Shown: positions 36,942-47,027 of the stretch, one piece after another
Position numbering within the stretch: the first letter of the stretch is position 1
Layout: every line of letters starts with the position of its first letter
NCBI GenBank assembly: GCA_041581335.1
Contig: JBFIDG010000001.1
Span: 1 to 62,910, forward strand
DNA length: 62,910 nt
Reading direction: 5' to 3'
From: Thermoplasmatota archaeon
GTDB taxonomy: Archaea > Thermoplasmatota > E2 > JACPAO01 > JAHFTW01
Translations under genes and position numbers: made by a program
The notes under the pieces: model-generated
What the model saw: only the letters and a program-made list of their open reading frames with translations
The model's database searches: none
Told to the model about the DNA's origin: nothing

Positions 36942-38423
36942 ATGATGCGTTGGATGACGTTGGTCGCCGTTGTGCTCCTGATCCCGGCCGCAGCAGGCCA
37001 GATCAATGGGCCGCACGAGTTCGAAGCCGACTACGGCTTCGCCGACCCCAGCACCGCCAAGTTCACGACGATCCTGTCTGGGCAGCTCGAGGCCAAGACC
37101 TCCGGATCCACCGGGCCGTACGGGTTCTTCGACGCGGTCGGCCTGCGCATCGACGGCCTTGAGCGCGTCTGCCGCGGTATCACGAGCAATGACTGCTGGA
37201 CCGGCGACCTGAGCCTGGTCGTCGAGGACGGCGGCAGTGCCGGCATCCAGTTCCTGACCCGCCCCTCCGCGACGTACACCGCCGATCACGCGCTCGGCCT
37301 CTTCCTGGATGCCCGCGGCGATGACCTGAACTCCCTTCCGCTCAACCAGAGCCTACTTGCGCCGGCGGTCAACGGCCGCATGGAGTTCAACGATATCCCC
37401 TTCATCCCGTCCACCGGCGCGTTCGGGATCAACGCCCCGTCGGCGACGATCTCCCCGACCGCCTCGGAGACCGCCTTCGTACTGCTCGACGGCACGACCC
37501 CCGTCACGCGCTGGGAGGGCAAGAGCGACATCTTCCGCCTATACGGCCCGCCAGAGATCCCTGCGTTCACGTCAGACTTCGTCATCCTGCCGTTCAAGGA
37601 AGGCAGTGTCGCCCGGGTCACCCCTGCAGATGCGGAGGCCGCGAAGGAAGGCCTGGACTTCCAACGCATCCAGACGGTCTTCCAGAAACTCAACGACGCC
37701 TCGGCCAGCGGAGGTCAGGGTGACGCGGACGACGTCGGGGACAGCGCGCTTGAAGACGCGCTCGCGGAGGTCCTCGACGGGGCCCTGATCCGCTTCCCTT
37801 CGTCCGAGGATGCGGAGGCCGCGGCCGACGAGTTCGCGCTCGTCCTGTTCAAATCCATGGAAGTGACCAACCTGCGCGGCAACCTCGCATGGACGGGCCA
37901 GGCCTCGTTCGAGATGGCCGGCACCGAGGTCGTCGGGGCCCAGCCACTGTACGGGGTCTGGCTGTTCAAACTCCCCTGGTGGGGCTGGGGCCTATGGCTC
38001 GTGGCCATCGGCCTGGTCGTCGCACGCGTCGTGGTCAAGCCAGAGAAGCACCACCCCCGCTGGGACCAGTACCGGTGGATCGGTTGGGTCGCAGGCGTCG
38101 CCATGTTCCTGCTCGTCTTCGTCCTCTGGGACATCGAGATGCGGGCTGTCTGGGGCACCAGCGTCCTGACGACGAAGACCGCCGGCACGGCGTTCTGGAT
38201 CACCCTCGGCATCCAACTCGGCACGATGGCCCTCGTCATGGGTGCCGTGTCGTGGCCGCTATCGATCATCATCAAGAACACGCTCCTGCTGAGCAAGCAA
38301 GGCAACTTCATGGGCCTCGGTAAGCCCCTGAGCCTGTTGTTCGCCTACCTGCTGGGTGCGTTGCTGATGCTGGCGTACATCCAGTTGCTCATCACGTCGG
38401 TGATCAACAATCTCCCAGCTTGA
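36942..38423 (+). CDS. Secreted and membrane-anchored hypothetical protein
   Basis: Signal peptide MMRWMTLVAVVLLIPAAAG, a ~330-aa extracellular region, then 4-5 C-terminal TM helices. Confidence 0.5.
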   Translation: MMRWMTLVAVVLLIPAAAGQINGPHEFEADYGFADPSTAKFTTILSGQLEAKTSGSTGPYGFFDAVGLRIDGLERVCRGITSNDCWTGDLSLVVEDGGSAGIQFLTRPSATYTADHALGLFLDARGDDLNSLPLNQSLLAPAVNGRMEFNDIPFIPSTGAFGINAPSATISPTASETAFVLLDGTTPVTRWEGKSDIFRLYGPPEIPAFTSDFVILPFKEGSVARVTPADAEAAKEGLDFQRIQTVFQKLNDASASGGQGDADDVGDSALEDALAEVLDGALIRFPSSEDAEAAADEFALVLFKSMEVTNLRGNLAWTGQASFEMAGTEVVGAQPLYGVWLFKLPWWGWGLWLVAIGLVVARVVVKPEKHHPRWDQYRWIGWVAGVAMFLLVFVLWDIEMRAVWGTSVLTTKTAGTAFWITLGIQLGTMALVMGAVSWPLSIIIKNTLLLSKQGNFMGLGKPLSLLFAYLLGALLMLAYIQLLITSVINNLPA

Positions 38424-38502
38424 CCCGCGACTCCACCCGGCCCTCGATGCCGTCCTGGTCGCCGATGGTTGGACCGGGCTGAGTCCAGCCCAAGAGGCCA
38501 GC

Positions 38503-41265
38503 ATGGACGTGCTTCTGGCCCGGCGACATGCGCTGCTCTTGGCCCCTACGGGCTATGGCAAGACGGAGGCGGCATTGCTGCCGGTCTTGCATCACCTGCT
38601 CACTGAACGCGACCGTCTCGATGCCGCGGGCAGGCCGTGGCCGCCGGGGTTCAAGGCTCTGTACGTCACGCCTTTGCGGGCGCTCAACCGCGACCTGATG
38701 CGCCGGCTAGAGCACTGGGCCGAAGCGCTCGGTATCACGGTGGGCGTGCGCCACGGCGACACCAGCCAGGCCGAGCGGTCCAGGCAATCACGCAAGCCGC
38801 CTGACATCCTCATCACGACGCCTGAGACGGTGCAATTGTTGCTGTACGGCGACACCCTGCGTCGGCACCTGGGCATGGTCCGCTTCGTCATCATCGACGA
38901 AGTCCATGACCTGGCCGTCTCGGAGCGCGGCGCCCAGCTCATGGTGGCCTTGGAGCGCCTGGAAGAGGTCGTTGCGCAGCCAGCTTCCCTGCGCGAGGTC
39001 AAGGCCAAGGAGCGCCGTTGTCCGACCAAGCCCGCGGGGGCATCGTCGTTCCAACGCATCGGGCTCAGTGCGACCGTCGCCGACCCGGAGGCCGTGTCCG
39101 CCTTCATGGGGGGTCGCCGCGAGGTCGACGTCCTCGTCGCGGTCGGCGACAAGCAGAGCCGCCTGAGCGTGCTGTCCCCCGCCGACGCCCCGGACCTGTG
39201 CGCCGAACTCTCCCTACCCCCCGCGCCCGCCGCACAGCTCGCGGCCGTGCGACGACTGGTGCAAGAGCACGAGAGGGTCCTGGTGTTCCTCAACACCCGC
39301 GACAGCGCCGAGCTGCTCACGAGCCGCAGCGCCCTGCTCGACGACGAACCCTTGCTCGGGCTGCACCACGGCAGCCTATCTGCCGACCATCGCATCGACG
39401 TGGAGAGCCGTTTCCGCGATGGTCGCCTCAAAGGACTGGTCGCCACCAGCAGCCTGGAACTCGGCATCGATGTAGGCGCCATCGACCACGTGGTGCAGGT
39501 GCAATCGCCCCGCAGCGTCGCGCGCCTGGTGCAGCGCCTGGGCCGCGCCGGCCACCGCATCGGCGCCATCAGCGAAGGCACCTTGGTCTCATCTGGGCCC
39601 GAGGACCACTTGGAATGCGTCGCTGTCGCCCGCATGGCCGAGAAGGGCCAGCTGGAGCCACTGCGGGTCCGCGACAGCCCCTTGGTCGTCCTGGCGAACC
39701 AACTGGTGGCGATGAGCAACGAATACGCAGACCTGGACCCGGAATGGTGCCGCCAGGTCGTCGGTCGCGCCGGGCCGTTCTTGGAGCTCGACGAAGGCAT
39801 GTTCCAAGCATGCTGGGACACGCTCATCGACGTCAAGACCGTCTTCGAATCGGACGACGCGCCGGGCAGATACGGGCGCAGTGGCCGCGCCCGCAAGCAC
39901 TTCTTGGAACACGTCTCCTTGATCCCCGACGAGAAGACGTACCGCATCATCGACGAAGCCACGAAGCGCAGCATCGGCACCGTCGACGACGCCTTCGTCG
40001 CCGCCGCCCTGCGCCCAGGCGACCCCCTTGTCATGGCCGGTCGCAGCTGGCGCGTGCTGGAGGTGGAGGCAGACTCCCGTCGCGTCCGCGTCGCCCCCAG
40101 CAAGGACCTCGGGGCCATCCCGCAATGGAGCGGACAACAACTGCCGGTCTCCGCCATGCTGGCGCAGGAGGTCGCCCGGCTGCGCGGCGTCATCGCCCAA
40201 GGCACCGAGACCGAGGAGATGGGGCCCGCCGCGGCGCCGGTGCGTGACCACCTCGCGCAGGGCCTGACGGTGCCCACACATGAGACCGTCACGCTGGACG
40301 TCGGGCGCGGCACCATCGTGGCCTGCGTCGCCCTCGGGACGCGAGGCAACGAGGCCCTCGGGCGCATCACCGCAGCACTGCTGTCGCAACGGGCGGGCAG
40401 CGCCGTCGGCATGGAATCCGATGCCTATCGGATCCATCTGCGTGTCCCGGCAAGCGTCCGGGTCGAGCACATCCAGGAGATCTGGGAGAGCCTCGACCCA
40501 GCCACCCTGGACCTCCTGCTTGCCATGGTCCTGCGTGACCAAGGGGTCGTCCGACACCACCTCGTCCACGTCGCCAAGCACTTCGGTGCCGTCCCCGCGG
40601 AGTTGGATCCGAACCGCTTCACCCGCGCCCGCATGGATGCACTCTGGGACCGCATCGCGTTGCAGGAAGAGACGTTGAGCCGGCTCGTGCACGAGCGCTT
40701 CGACCTGGAAGCGGTGCGTGCTTTCTTGGCCAAGTTGCAGGCCGATGAGGTGCAGGTCATCCCGCAAGGCATGGGCCCGCTCAGCCGCCTGGCAGGCGAC
40801 GAGATGCGCATGCACCTGGCACCACGCCGGGACGACAAGCTGCTGGCCGAGGTCCGCAAGCGCATCGAGGAGAGCGACATCATGATGGTCTGCACGTCGT
40901 GCCGCAGCCGGCTCGACATGACGGTCGCCGACGTGCCCCCGAAGGTCCACTGCCGCCGCTGCGGCCTGCGCGGCGTCGCGTGCCTGCGCCCCTGGCATGA
41001 AGACCGGCTCTACATCCTCGGCGGGGATGGCACTGCGCTCAACGACGAGGACCGGAAGGAACGCAAGCGTTGGATCCGCAACGGTCAGCTCATGGCGGAT
41101 TTCGGCCCCGTCGCAGCGCGCTGCCTCGTCGCCCGTGGTGTGGGGCCGGAGACCGCGACACGGATCCTCCAGAAGGTCTCCGACATCGGATCCCCCACGT
41201 ACTGGCGTGAGATCCTCAACGCCGAACTGGAGTTCGCGCGCACCAATTCCTTCTGGAACCGTTGA
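38503..41265 (+). CDS. Lhr-like superfamily 2 DNA/RNA helicase (DEXH box) with C-terminal winged-helix, domain-4 and zinc-ribbon region
   Basis: Motif I APTGYGKTEAA, motif II IIDEVHDL, motif III SAT, motif VI RLGRAGHR. The long C-terminal region has CTSC..CRRC cysteines. The N-terminus is short, with no Q-motif segment before motif I. Confidence 0.8.
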   Translation: MDVLLARRHALLLAPTGYGKTEAALLPVLHHLLTERDRLDAAGRPWPPGFKALYVTPLRALNRDLMRRLEHWAEALGITVGVRHGDTSQAERSRQSRKPPDILITTPETVQLLLYGDTLRRHLGMVRFVIIDEVHDLAVSERGAQLMVALERLEEVVAQPASLREVKAKERRCPTKPAGASSFQRIGLSATVADPEAVSAFMGGRREVDVLVAVGDKQSRLSVLSPADAPDLCAELSLPPAPAAQLAAVRRLVQEHERVLVFLNTRDSAELLTSRSALLDDEPLLGLHHGSLSADHRIDVESRFRDGRLKGLVATSSLELGIDVGAIDHVVQVQSPRSVARLVQRLGRAGHRIGAISEGTLVSSGPEDHLECVAVARMAEKGQLEPLRVRDSPLVVLANQLVAMSNEYADLDPEWCRQVVGRAGPFLELDEGMFQACWDTLIDVKTVFESDDAPGRYGRSGRARKHFLEHVSLIPDEKTYRIIDEATKRSIGTVDDAFVAAALRPGDPLVMAGRSWRVLEVEADSRRVRVAPSKDLGAIPQWSGQQLPVSAMLAQEVARLRGVIAQGTETEEMGPAAAPVRDHLAQGLTVPTHETVTLDVGRGTIVACVALGTRGNEALGRITAALLSQRAGSAVGMESDAYRIHLRVPASVRVEHIQEIWESLDPATLDLLLAMVLRDQGVVRHHLVHVAKHFGAVPAELDPNRFTRARMDALWDRIALQEETLSRLVHERFDLEAVRAFLAKLQADEVQVIPQGMGPLSRLAGDEMRMHLAPRRDDKLLAEVRKRIEESDIMMVCTSCRSRLDMTVADVPPKVHCRRCGLRGVACLRPWHEDRLYILGGDGTALNDEDRKERKRWIRNGQLMADFGPVAARCLVARGVGPETATRILQKVSDIGSPTYWREILNAELEFARTNSFWNR

Positions 41266-42512
41266 CCACAACCTTGATGCCGGTCCCAGGCTGGTCGCAG
41301 ACGGTGGCGAACGCATTGTTCACCGCGCCCGGCGCGGCTCTGGCTAATTTCCTTCACACGGCGGGCGCGCTCGCTTACGTCGGCGGCATCATCGCCTGGG
41401 TCGCCTGGAGCCGCGGCTTGCGCCGCGGCCACAACAACGCCAACACCCTCGCCCTCGGCGCCAGCCTGACCTACGTCGGCGTCGTCGCCAACCTGTTCGG
41501 TGGCTTCGTCCGCACGTACATGCCCGGCCACGGTTCGCTCACCGAGGTCTTCACCGATCCCTGGGTCGCCATGATGGCGATCAAGCACGTCGCCCTGTTC
41601 GCTGGCATCGCGGCGGCCGTCTACTTGTTCGAGATCGTCTCGCCACGCATGCGGGATGCGTGGCGGGCGGGCACACTCGAAGAGGCGCCCCGCCCGGGCC
41701 GTATCGCAGCAGCGTTGGTCCTGAGCAGCATCCTCATCGCCGCCATCCTGGGCGGCGTCACCGCGGCGCTCCCAGGTGCCGCGACCACGCCGACCGACGA
41801 GATGGAAGGCTCGGGGGGCATGGGGGAGCTTCCCTCCGTGTTCGAGACCCAGACGTTCTTCGGCGCCGGCTCCGGTGCCACTGGCTCCCCTGCCACCACC
41901 GGCGACTTCGCCGTGGCGCCCGGCGCCAAGAAAGCCGAGGCGTACCTCTACACGTCCGCGATCCCGCTGCTTGGCAGCCCCTCGGTCTACGAGCTGCGCT
42001 TGATCAGTCCGTCGGGCCAGACGACCACGGCGGCCACCGATCCCACGGCCCATGACCCGACGAGCGCCGAGATCAACAGCGACGTCGCCATCACCATCAA
42101 TGATCCCGAGGTCGGCCGCTGGACCTACGAAGTGCGCGTCACGGCAGGCGCGGCGGCCAACTGGGAACTCACCATCACGGTCACAGGCCCGAAGGGCATG
42201 GAACTCATGGACGTCATCAGCTTCACCGGCGGCTTCTACGAGATCAACACCGTCATGAAGACGGGGGCCGACATGAACTGGGATTGGAGCGTCGATGGTG
42301 GCCAGTCAGACTTCAATGTCCACCAGCACGTGGGCGGCCAGACAGTCTACCCCGTACAGGGGACGTACGGCGCCAACAACGGCACGTACATCGCGGAGGA
42401 AGACGGTGGCGTGAGCATCATGTGGGAGAACGCTGGCAGTTCGCCCATCACCTTGACGTTCCGCGTCTGGGGCAACTTCACGCTGCATTCGATCTTTGAC
42501 GAAACGCGCTGA
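41262..42512 (+). CDS. Membrane protein (4 TM) with C-terminal extracellular beta-rich domain, unknown function
   Basis: TTG 41262 overlaps the helicase stop. An alternative ATG lies at 41277. N-terminal TM helices are followed by a Thr/Gly-rich beta-type domain. Confidence 0.5.
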   Translation: MTTTLMPVPGWSQTVANALFTAPGAALANFLHTAGALAYVGGIIAWVAWSRGLRRGHNNANTLALGASLTYVGVVANLFGGFVRTYMPGHGSLTEVFTDPWVAMMAIKHVALFAGIAAAVYLFEIVSPRMRDAWRAGTLEEAPRPGRIAAALVLSSILIAAILGGVTAALPGAATTPTDEMEGSGGMGELPSVFETQTFFGAGSGATGSPATTGDFAVAPGAKKAEAYLYTSAIPLLGSPSVYELRLISPSGQTTTAATDPTAHDPTSAEINSDVAITINDPEVGRWTYEVRVTAGAAANWELTITVTGPKGMELMDVISFTGGFYEINTVMKTGADMNWDWSVDGGQSDFNVHQHVGGQTVYPVQGTYGANNGTYIAEEDGGVSIMWENAGSSPITLTFRVWGNFTLHSIFDETR

Positions 42513-43107
42513 GCACCTGCTCCAAGGACTCAGGCCTACCTAGATCGACGTCCGCATGGGCGGCGACGTCTGGCTCGGCGTACACCGCGATGCCTTGGCC
42601 CACGGCCTTCCAGACCGGGACGTCATTGCTGCCGTTGCCGACGTGCACCACGTCTGCGAGGTCGATGCCCCACTCGGCGCAGTGCTGCTTGAGATTGTCC
42701 AGCTTGTCGAAGCGGGCCTCGATGCTGACCGGGTGGCCTTCCTTGATCTTCACGGGTGAACAGATGGCGTCGATCAGGCCCCAGCGGCCCAGGAAATCGG
42801 TCAGGATGCTCGGCTGGTCCGTCAGCAGACAGACCTTGGCGCCGGTCGCTTTCATGGCACGGACGCCTTCGGAGATGCCCGGCAGCCAGGCGGCTTTCCG
42901 GAGCGCCCGGTGACAGTCGGCGAGACTGAGGTCTTTGATCCAGTCCCACTGCTGCCAGAAACATTGCTCCAGCGAGATCTCGCCGGCGAAGTACGCGGCG
43001 TCGCTGGCTGCGACCTCGGCCGCCTTGCCGCTTTCCCGCAACACCGCCGCGAAGACCGTGTCGTCTGGGAGCAATGTACCGTCTAGGTCGAGTGTGATGA
43101 GTTTCAT
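42478..43107 (-). CDS. HAD-superfamily hydrolase (subfamily IB, phosphoserine-phosphatase-like)
   Basis: Motif I LDLDGTL, motif II CLLTD, motif III/IV K..N....GNGSNDVP. Its start overlaps the trm5 stop by 4 nt. Confidence 0.7.
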   Translation of the reverse strand: MKLITLDLDGTLLPDDTVFAAVLRESGKAAEVAASDAAYFAGEISLEQCFWQQWDWIKDLSLADCHRALRKAAWLPGISEGVRAMKATGAKVCLLTDQPSILTDFLGRWGLIDAICSPVKIKEGHPVSIEARFDKLDNLKQHCAEWGIDLADVVHVGNGSNDVPVWKAVGQGIAVYAEPDVAAHADVDLGRPESLEQVLSAFRQRSNAA

Positions 43108-44090
43108 GCGACCTCGATGTCGAATGCGAAATGGGCTTCGTCCGTCGAATAGTCCCGGACGTGGCGGACGTTAAGGATATGGGCGCTGCGGCCCAGGCCG
43201 GCGATCTGGTCGACGAGTTCGGCTTGGCGCGCCGTGAGGGCATCCTTGCGCATGATCTCATGGTAGTGCACCATGCCGCCTGCGACCACGAGCGAGACCC
43301 CCACGTCGACGAAATGCTTGGCCCCGTGCGGGAGGTTCATGACGACGCGGTCTGCCGGCACGAGTCCCTTGGCGACCTCGCGGGCGTCACCCGTATGGAC
43401 CTCGATGTCGACGTTGTTGAGGGCAGCGTTCTCGGCCGCCAGGCGGGTGGCGTCTGGGTTCAGGTCCACGGTGACGACCTTGTGGCCGGCCTTGGCGAGT
43501 TGGATACCGAGCGGCGCGACGCCCCCGAAGAGATCGATGACGGTCTCCCCTGGTCGGCAAACGGCCGTGATGCGGGCGCGTTCATCTGCGAGTCGTGGGG
43601 AGAAGTACGCCTTGGCCGGGTCGATGCGCAGACGGACGCCGTTCTCGGCGACGGTCGTGGAGGAGTCGGATGCGCCGGCGATGCATTCCAGGTCCCTGGT
43701 GCGGAATTCTCCGGTGACGCCTTGGTCGTGGAAGACGGCGCGGGCGCCGTGGAAGCTCAGCAGTGCGCCGCCCAAGGTGCGGCGGTCGGCCCACAGGACC
43801 GTGGGGATCTTGATGATCACGATGTCCCCGAGCACATCGTGGGCTCGCGGGGCCTCGGCGCGCAGACCGTCAGGAAGAAGGTCCGTGTAGTCGCGGGGCC
43901 GTACGACGCGAGGCTCGAACTCGGCCTCTTCGGCGACCAGGTCGTCGATGGCGGCCGTGACCGGGAACACGACGCGCCCCTCGCGGGTCAGGACCTTCAG
44001 GTCGTTGCGGAGCACGTCCGCGGCCAGCAGACGTCGGCGCGTCGCTTCGGCGTCCTGGCTGCGGACCGAGATGCCGAGTGCGCGGGCCAT
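43104..44090 (-). CDS. trm5: tRNA (guanine37-N1)-methyltransferase Trm5-type
   Basis: Trm5/Met_10 blocks: DVLGDIVIIK, FSPRLADER, the SAM site VIDLFGGVAPLGIQLA, and NLP. ATG 44090 was chosen because the remaining 5' part of ORF 43104..45299 is antisense to dph5. Confidence 0.8.
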   Translation of the reverse strand: MARALGISVRSQDAEATRRRLLAADVLRNDLKVLTREGRVVFPVTAAIDDLVAEEAEFEPRVVRPRDYTDLLPDGLRAEAPRAHDVLGDIVIIKIPTVLWADRRTLGGALLSFHGARAVFHDQGVTGEFRTRDLECIAGASDSSTTVAENGVRLRIDPAKAYFSPRLADERARITAVCRPGETVIDLFGGVAPLGIQLAKAGHKVVTVDLNPDATRLAAENAALNNVDIEVHTGDAREVAKGLVPADRVVMNLPHGAKHFVDVGVSLVVAGGMVHYHEIMRKDALTARQAELVDQIAGLGRSAHILNVRHVRDYSTDEAHFAFDIEVA

Positions 44091-44165
44091 GGTGGGTGCG
44101 AACGGTGCCTGCGATAAGAGCCCCGTGGCCCCGAACCCTTCAAACCCACGCGGCCTCCCGGCATT

Positions 44166-44990
44166 GTGGCACTCCACCTGGTCGGCCTCGGCCTGCACGA
44201 CGTGACAGACATCACCGTCAAGGGCCTGCGGCGCGTCCAAGCCGCCGACAAGGTCTACGCGGAGTTCTACACCGCCATCCTTGGCGGCAGCAGCCACGAC
44301 GAGATGGTGGCGTTCCTGGAGACGCCCGTCCAGATCCTCGACCGCGAAGGCGTCGAACGCGGGGGCAAGACCCTGGTCGAAGAGGCCGCCACCCAAGAGA
44401 TCGTCCTGCTCACCGCCGGCGACCCGCTCGCCGCCACGACCCACACCGATCTGATGGTCCGTGCCCGCGCTGCCGGAGTGGCGGTGCACGTCGTCCACGC
44501 CCCCAGCATCTACTCCGCCGCCCCGGGGTTGCTCGGACTGCAGCACTACAAGTTCGGCCGTACGACGACGCTGGTGCGCCCGGAAGCCAACTGGCTGCCT
44601 GAGAGCATGTTCGACGCTGTGCAGGAGAACCACGACGCCGGACTCCACACGCTCGTCCTGCTGGACATCAAGGCCCACGAACCCCGCCCCGAAGGTCGCG
44701 GTGACGACTGGCCCGCCCAGGGCTACTACATGACCGCCGACGAAGGTCTGCGTCTGCTCCTGCAGCTGGCCGAGAAACGGGGCGCCACGTGGTTCGGCGC
44801 CGATGCACAGGTCGGCATCGTCGCCCGCGCCGGCAGCGAACGGCCAGGCATCGTCACGGGCCCCGCCGGCACCCTGGTCCAGAAAGACTTCGGCGCGCCC
44901 CTGCACTGCATCATCATCCCAGGCAAGATGCAGGTCGTCGAAGAAGAGGCGTGGTCCATCCACAGCGTTGAAAGCCCCGCCTCCGACTGA
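44166..44990 (+). CDS. dph5: Diphthine synthase
   Basis: LHLVGLGLHDVTDITVKGL, AEFYT, LLTAGDPLAATTH and LQHYKFG are typical Dph5 (tetrapyrrole-methylase fold) blocks. GTG start. Confidence 0.85.
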   Translation: MALHLVGLGLHDVTDITVKGLRRVQAADKVYAEFYTAILGGSSHDEMVAFLETPVQILDREGVERGGKTLVEEAATQEIVLLTAGDPLAATTHTDLMVRARAAGVAVHVVHAPSIYSAAPGLLGLQHYKFGRTTTLVRPEANWLPESMFDAVQENHDAGLHTLVLLDIKAHEPRPEGRGDDWPAQGYYMTADEGLRLLLQLAEKRGATWFGADAQVGIVARAGSERPGIVTGPAGTLVQKDFGAPLHCIIIPGKMQVVEEEAWSIHSVESPASD

Positions 44991-44996
44991 CCCCGC

Positions 44997-45365
44997 GTGC
45001 GTCCACGCATCTGGGTCATCCTCGCAGCCGTCGTCCTCGCCCTCGGCTTCGGCTTCACGGGTCGCGCGACCGAGACCAGCGCCCTCGACAGCTTGTCGGG
45101 CCTTGCCTGGCTCGTCGCCATCATCGCAGCCATCTCGCTGCTGCCGTTCTGGTCGAAGGTCCTGCCCAAGATCGAGCCCATGCCCGGTCTGTTCAAGCGC
45201 CCCGCCGAGGGCGAACGCTGGTGTGTGCAGTGCGGCTCGCCCACGGTCAAGCTCGCCGCATGCCACGTTTGCGGCGCAGAACCCAAGTTGCCCAAGCAAA
45301 AGGCCCCCAAGAAGCCCAAGGAAGCGAGCAAAGTGGGCAAGAAGGCGGCCAAAGGCGACACCTAG
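44997..45365 (+). CDS. Small membrane protein with zinc ribbon and Lys-rich tail
   Basis: Two TM helices, then CVQCG..CHVCG, then the tail KLPKQKAPKKPKEASKVGKKAAKG. Confidence 0.45.
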   Translation: MRPRIWVILAAVVLALGFGFTGRATETSALDSLSGLAWLVAIIAAISLLPFWSKVLPKIEPMPGLFKRPAEGERWCVQCGSPTVKLAACHVCGAEPKLPKQKAPKKPKEASKVGKKAAKGDT

Positions 45366-45451
45366 GCGCCCGCAACGGCCGCTATGGGGCGAACCAAACG
45401 CAGCGTCTATGTAGCCCGTGTCTGATTGCTGGGCAGGGATGCAAGGCGCTC

Positions 45452-46435
45452 ATGGAGTTCCTCCAGCGTGATGACCGCAAGGTCCACCTTCTGACCCGAG
45501 GCAATGTGGATGGCATCGTCTCGGCGGCCCTTTTCCTCGCCCAGAACCCGGCCACCAAGGTCAGCTTCGTTCCTTCGGGAGACATGGCTGTCGATGTGCT
45601 GCGCAAGGACATCTCGTCCGAACGCTTCTACCTCGTCGACCTGGGGCTGACGCCCCGCTTCATCAAGACGCTCAACGACAAGGCGAAGACGCAACAACAC
45701 GTCGTCTACCTTGACCACCACCAACAATCAGAGGTGCTCTGGGATGAGCTCGACCCACGCACGGAGGGCGTCATCCACCAAGGCATCAGTGCCGCCGGCA
45801 TCGCCTACGAATACCTGGGCCTCAACGGGGCCCACAAACACTTGGTCGCACTGGCCGACCATGTCGAGTACTGCCCGAGCCGACTCCTGGAAGACACGGC
45901 GCGCGTCGTCGGCCTGCCCCGCATCGAAGAGGAGGCCCGCATGCTGGACCACGCGTGGCGCTTCAAGGTCGAAGACGACCGCTTCCGCCTCACCGCCGCC
46001 CGCCACCTCTCCAAAGGCATCTGGCCCAGCGAGGTCTCCGAGATCAAGGGCCGCTACTTGCAGATGCAGATCGAACAACGCTGGGAGCGCGCCCTGGATC
46101 GGGTCCGCGACCGCGTCGAGATCAAACACAACGTGGCGCTCTTGAAGTTCGGGCGTCACAAGCCCAGCCTGTTCGGCTTTGGGAGTCGGGCCCTCAGTCA
46201 GGTCGCCCGCGACGCCGGTGCCCACGTGGCCTTGATGGTCAACCGGCGCCCAGAGCAGACGGCGCTCAGCATGCGCCGCACAGGCGACGACGATTCACTG
46301 AACCTCGGCGAATTCGTCGCCGAGTTCACGGCGCACCACGGTATCGTGGGAGGGGGCCATCCCCATTCAGCCGGAGCGAAGATCCCGACCAACAAGGTCG
46401 GACAATTCATCAAGGAAGTGATGTGTCTTGCATGA
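45452..46435 (+). CDS. DHH/DHHA1-family phosphoesterase
   Basis: Contains NVDGIVSAA, LVDLG, YLDHHQ (DHH motif) and C-terminal GGGHPHSAGA (DHHA1). The upstream part of ORF 45221.. overlaps the previous gene in another frame. Confidence 0.7.
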   Translation: MEFLQRDDRKVHLLTRGNVDGIVSAALFLAQNPATKVSFVPSGDMAVDVLRKDISSERFYLVDLGLTPRFIKTLNDKAKTQQHVVYLDHHQQSEVLWDELDPRTEGVIHQGISAAGIAYEYLGLNGAHKHLVALADHVEYCPSRLLEDTARVVGLPRIEEEARMLDHAWRFKVEDDRFRLTAARHLSKGIWPSEVSEIKGRYLQMQIEQRWERALDRVRDRVEIKHNVALLKFGRHKPSLFGFGSRALSQVARDAGAHVALMVNRRPEQTALSMRRTGDDDSLNLGEFVAEFTAHHGIVGGGHPHSAGAKIPTNKVGQFIKEVMCLA

Positions 46436-46493
46436 ACCCGAAGAAGACTGGCTGATCGTCGAACACCTGTACATCGGAGCCGCCGCGGCCTGA

Positions 46494-46703
46494 TCAGATC
46501 GGCTGCGCCGCACGTTCGCGGGGCCATAGCGCGAGCACGATGACGATGCCCAGCGGCCCGCCGAACAGCAGGATCGCCGTCAACAGGCCCCATGGTTCAT
46601 GTCGTCCCATCGCAGCGGCATGCCTGACGATGGTCGCGACCAATGCGGCGACGAGGATGATGTAGAGCGCACCCAGCAGAAGCAGCAAGGCTGCCGTGGT
46701 CAT
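46494..46703 (-). CDS. Small 2-TM membrane protein (PLD_nuc_N-like motif)
   Basis: 69 aa. The motif LLFGGPLGIVIVLALWPRER is shared with the next ORF. Confidence 0.45.
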   Translation of the reverse strand: MTTAALLLLLGALYIILVAALVATIVRHAAAMGRHEPWGLLTAILLFGGPLGIVIVLALWPRERAAQPI

Positions 46704-46739
46704 GCGGGGTCAGTCGGTGAGGGCTAGAACAGGCTTTGC

Positions 46740-47027
46740 TCAGGCCGGCACGGACGTGGCTTGGCGGGGCCGTCCGGCATACCACCAGGCCAAGAGGATG
46801 CCCAATGGGCCAGCGATGATGGCGAAGGCGACGATCAGCAGGCGTTCGCCGCCGGGGATGCCGTTTTGCCTGGCCCGGTCCAAGAGGCGGTCCAGGATCC
46901 AGAACGCGAAGCCCACGTATAGGGTGAGGACGACGAAGGTCGCGACGAGCTCTCCAGCCACGACGCCTGAGATGCTTCTGTGGGCAAGAACGTTGCTACG
47001 CGCCCGACGGGGCGGGCGTCTGCGCAT
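46740..47027 (-). CDS. Small 2-TM membrane protein, paralogue of 46494..46703
   Basis: 95 aa. AIIAGPLGILLAWWYAGRPR parallels the motif in the neighbouring ORF. Confidence 0.45.
   Translation of the reverse strand: MRRRPPRRARSNVLAHRSISGVVAGELVATFVVLTLYVGFAFWILDRLLDRARQNGIPGGERLLIVAFAIIAGPLGILLAWWYAGRPRQATSVPA

Noticed and set aside
37847-37856. T-loop-like strings (GTTCAAATCC here, TTCGAATC at 39844-39851) checked as possible tRNA genes
   Set aside because: Both lie inside well-supported coding frames, and the flanks do not form acceptor or anticodon stems. I found no tRNA or rRNA in any intergenic region.
38592-41316. Long minus-strand ORFs 38592..40412 (606 aa) and 39589..41316 (575 aa)
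   Set aside because: Both are antisense to the Lhr-like helicase, which has complete helicase motifs. Their Ser/Arg/Ala-rich composition indicates high-GC shadow ORFs.
44091-45299. The upstream 400 codons of ORF 43104..45299 (-), which would make a 731-aa Trm5
   Set aside because: This part is antisense to dph5 and the small zinc-ribbon gene, and its sequence is not protein-like. The Trm5 domain starts at MARALGISV (ATG 44090).
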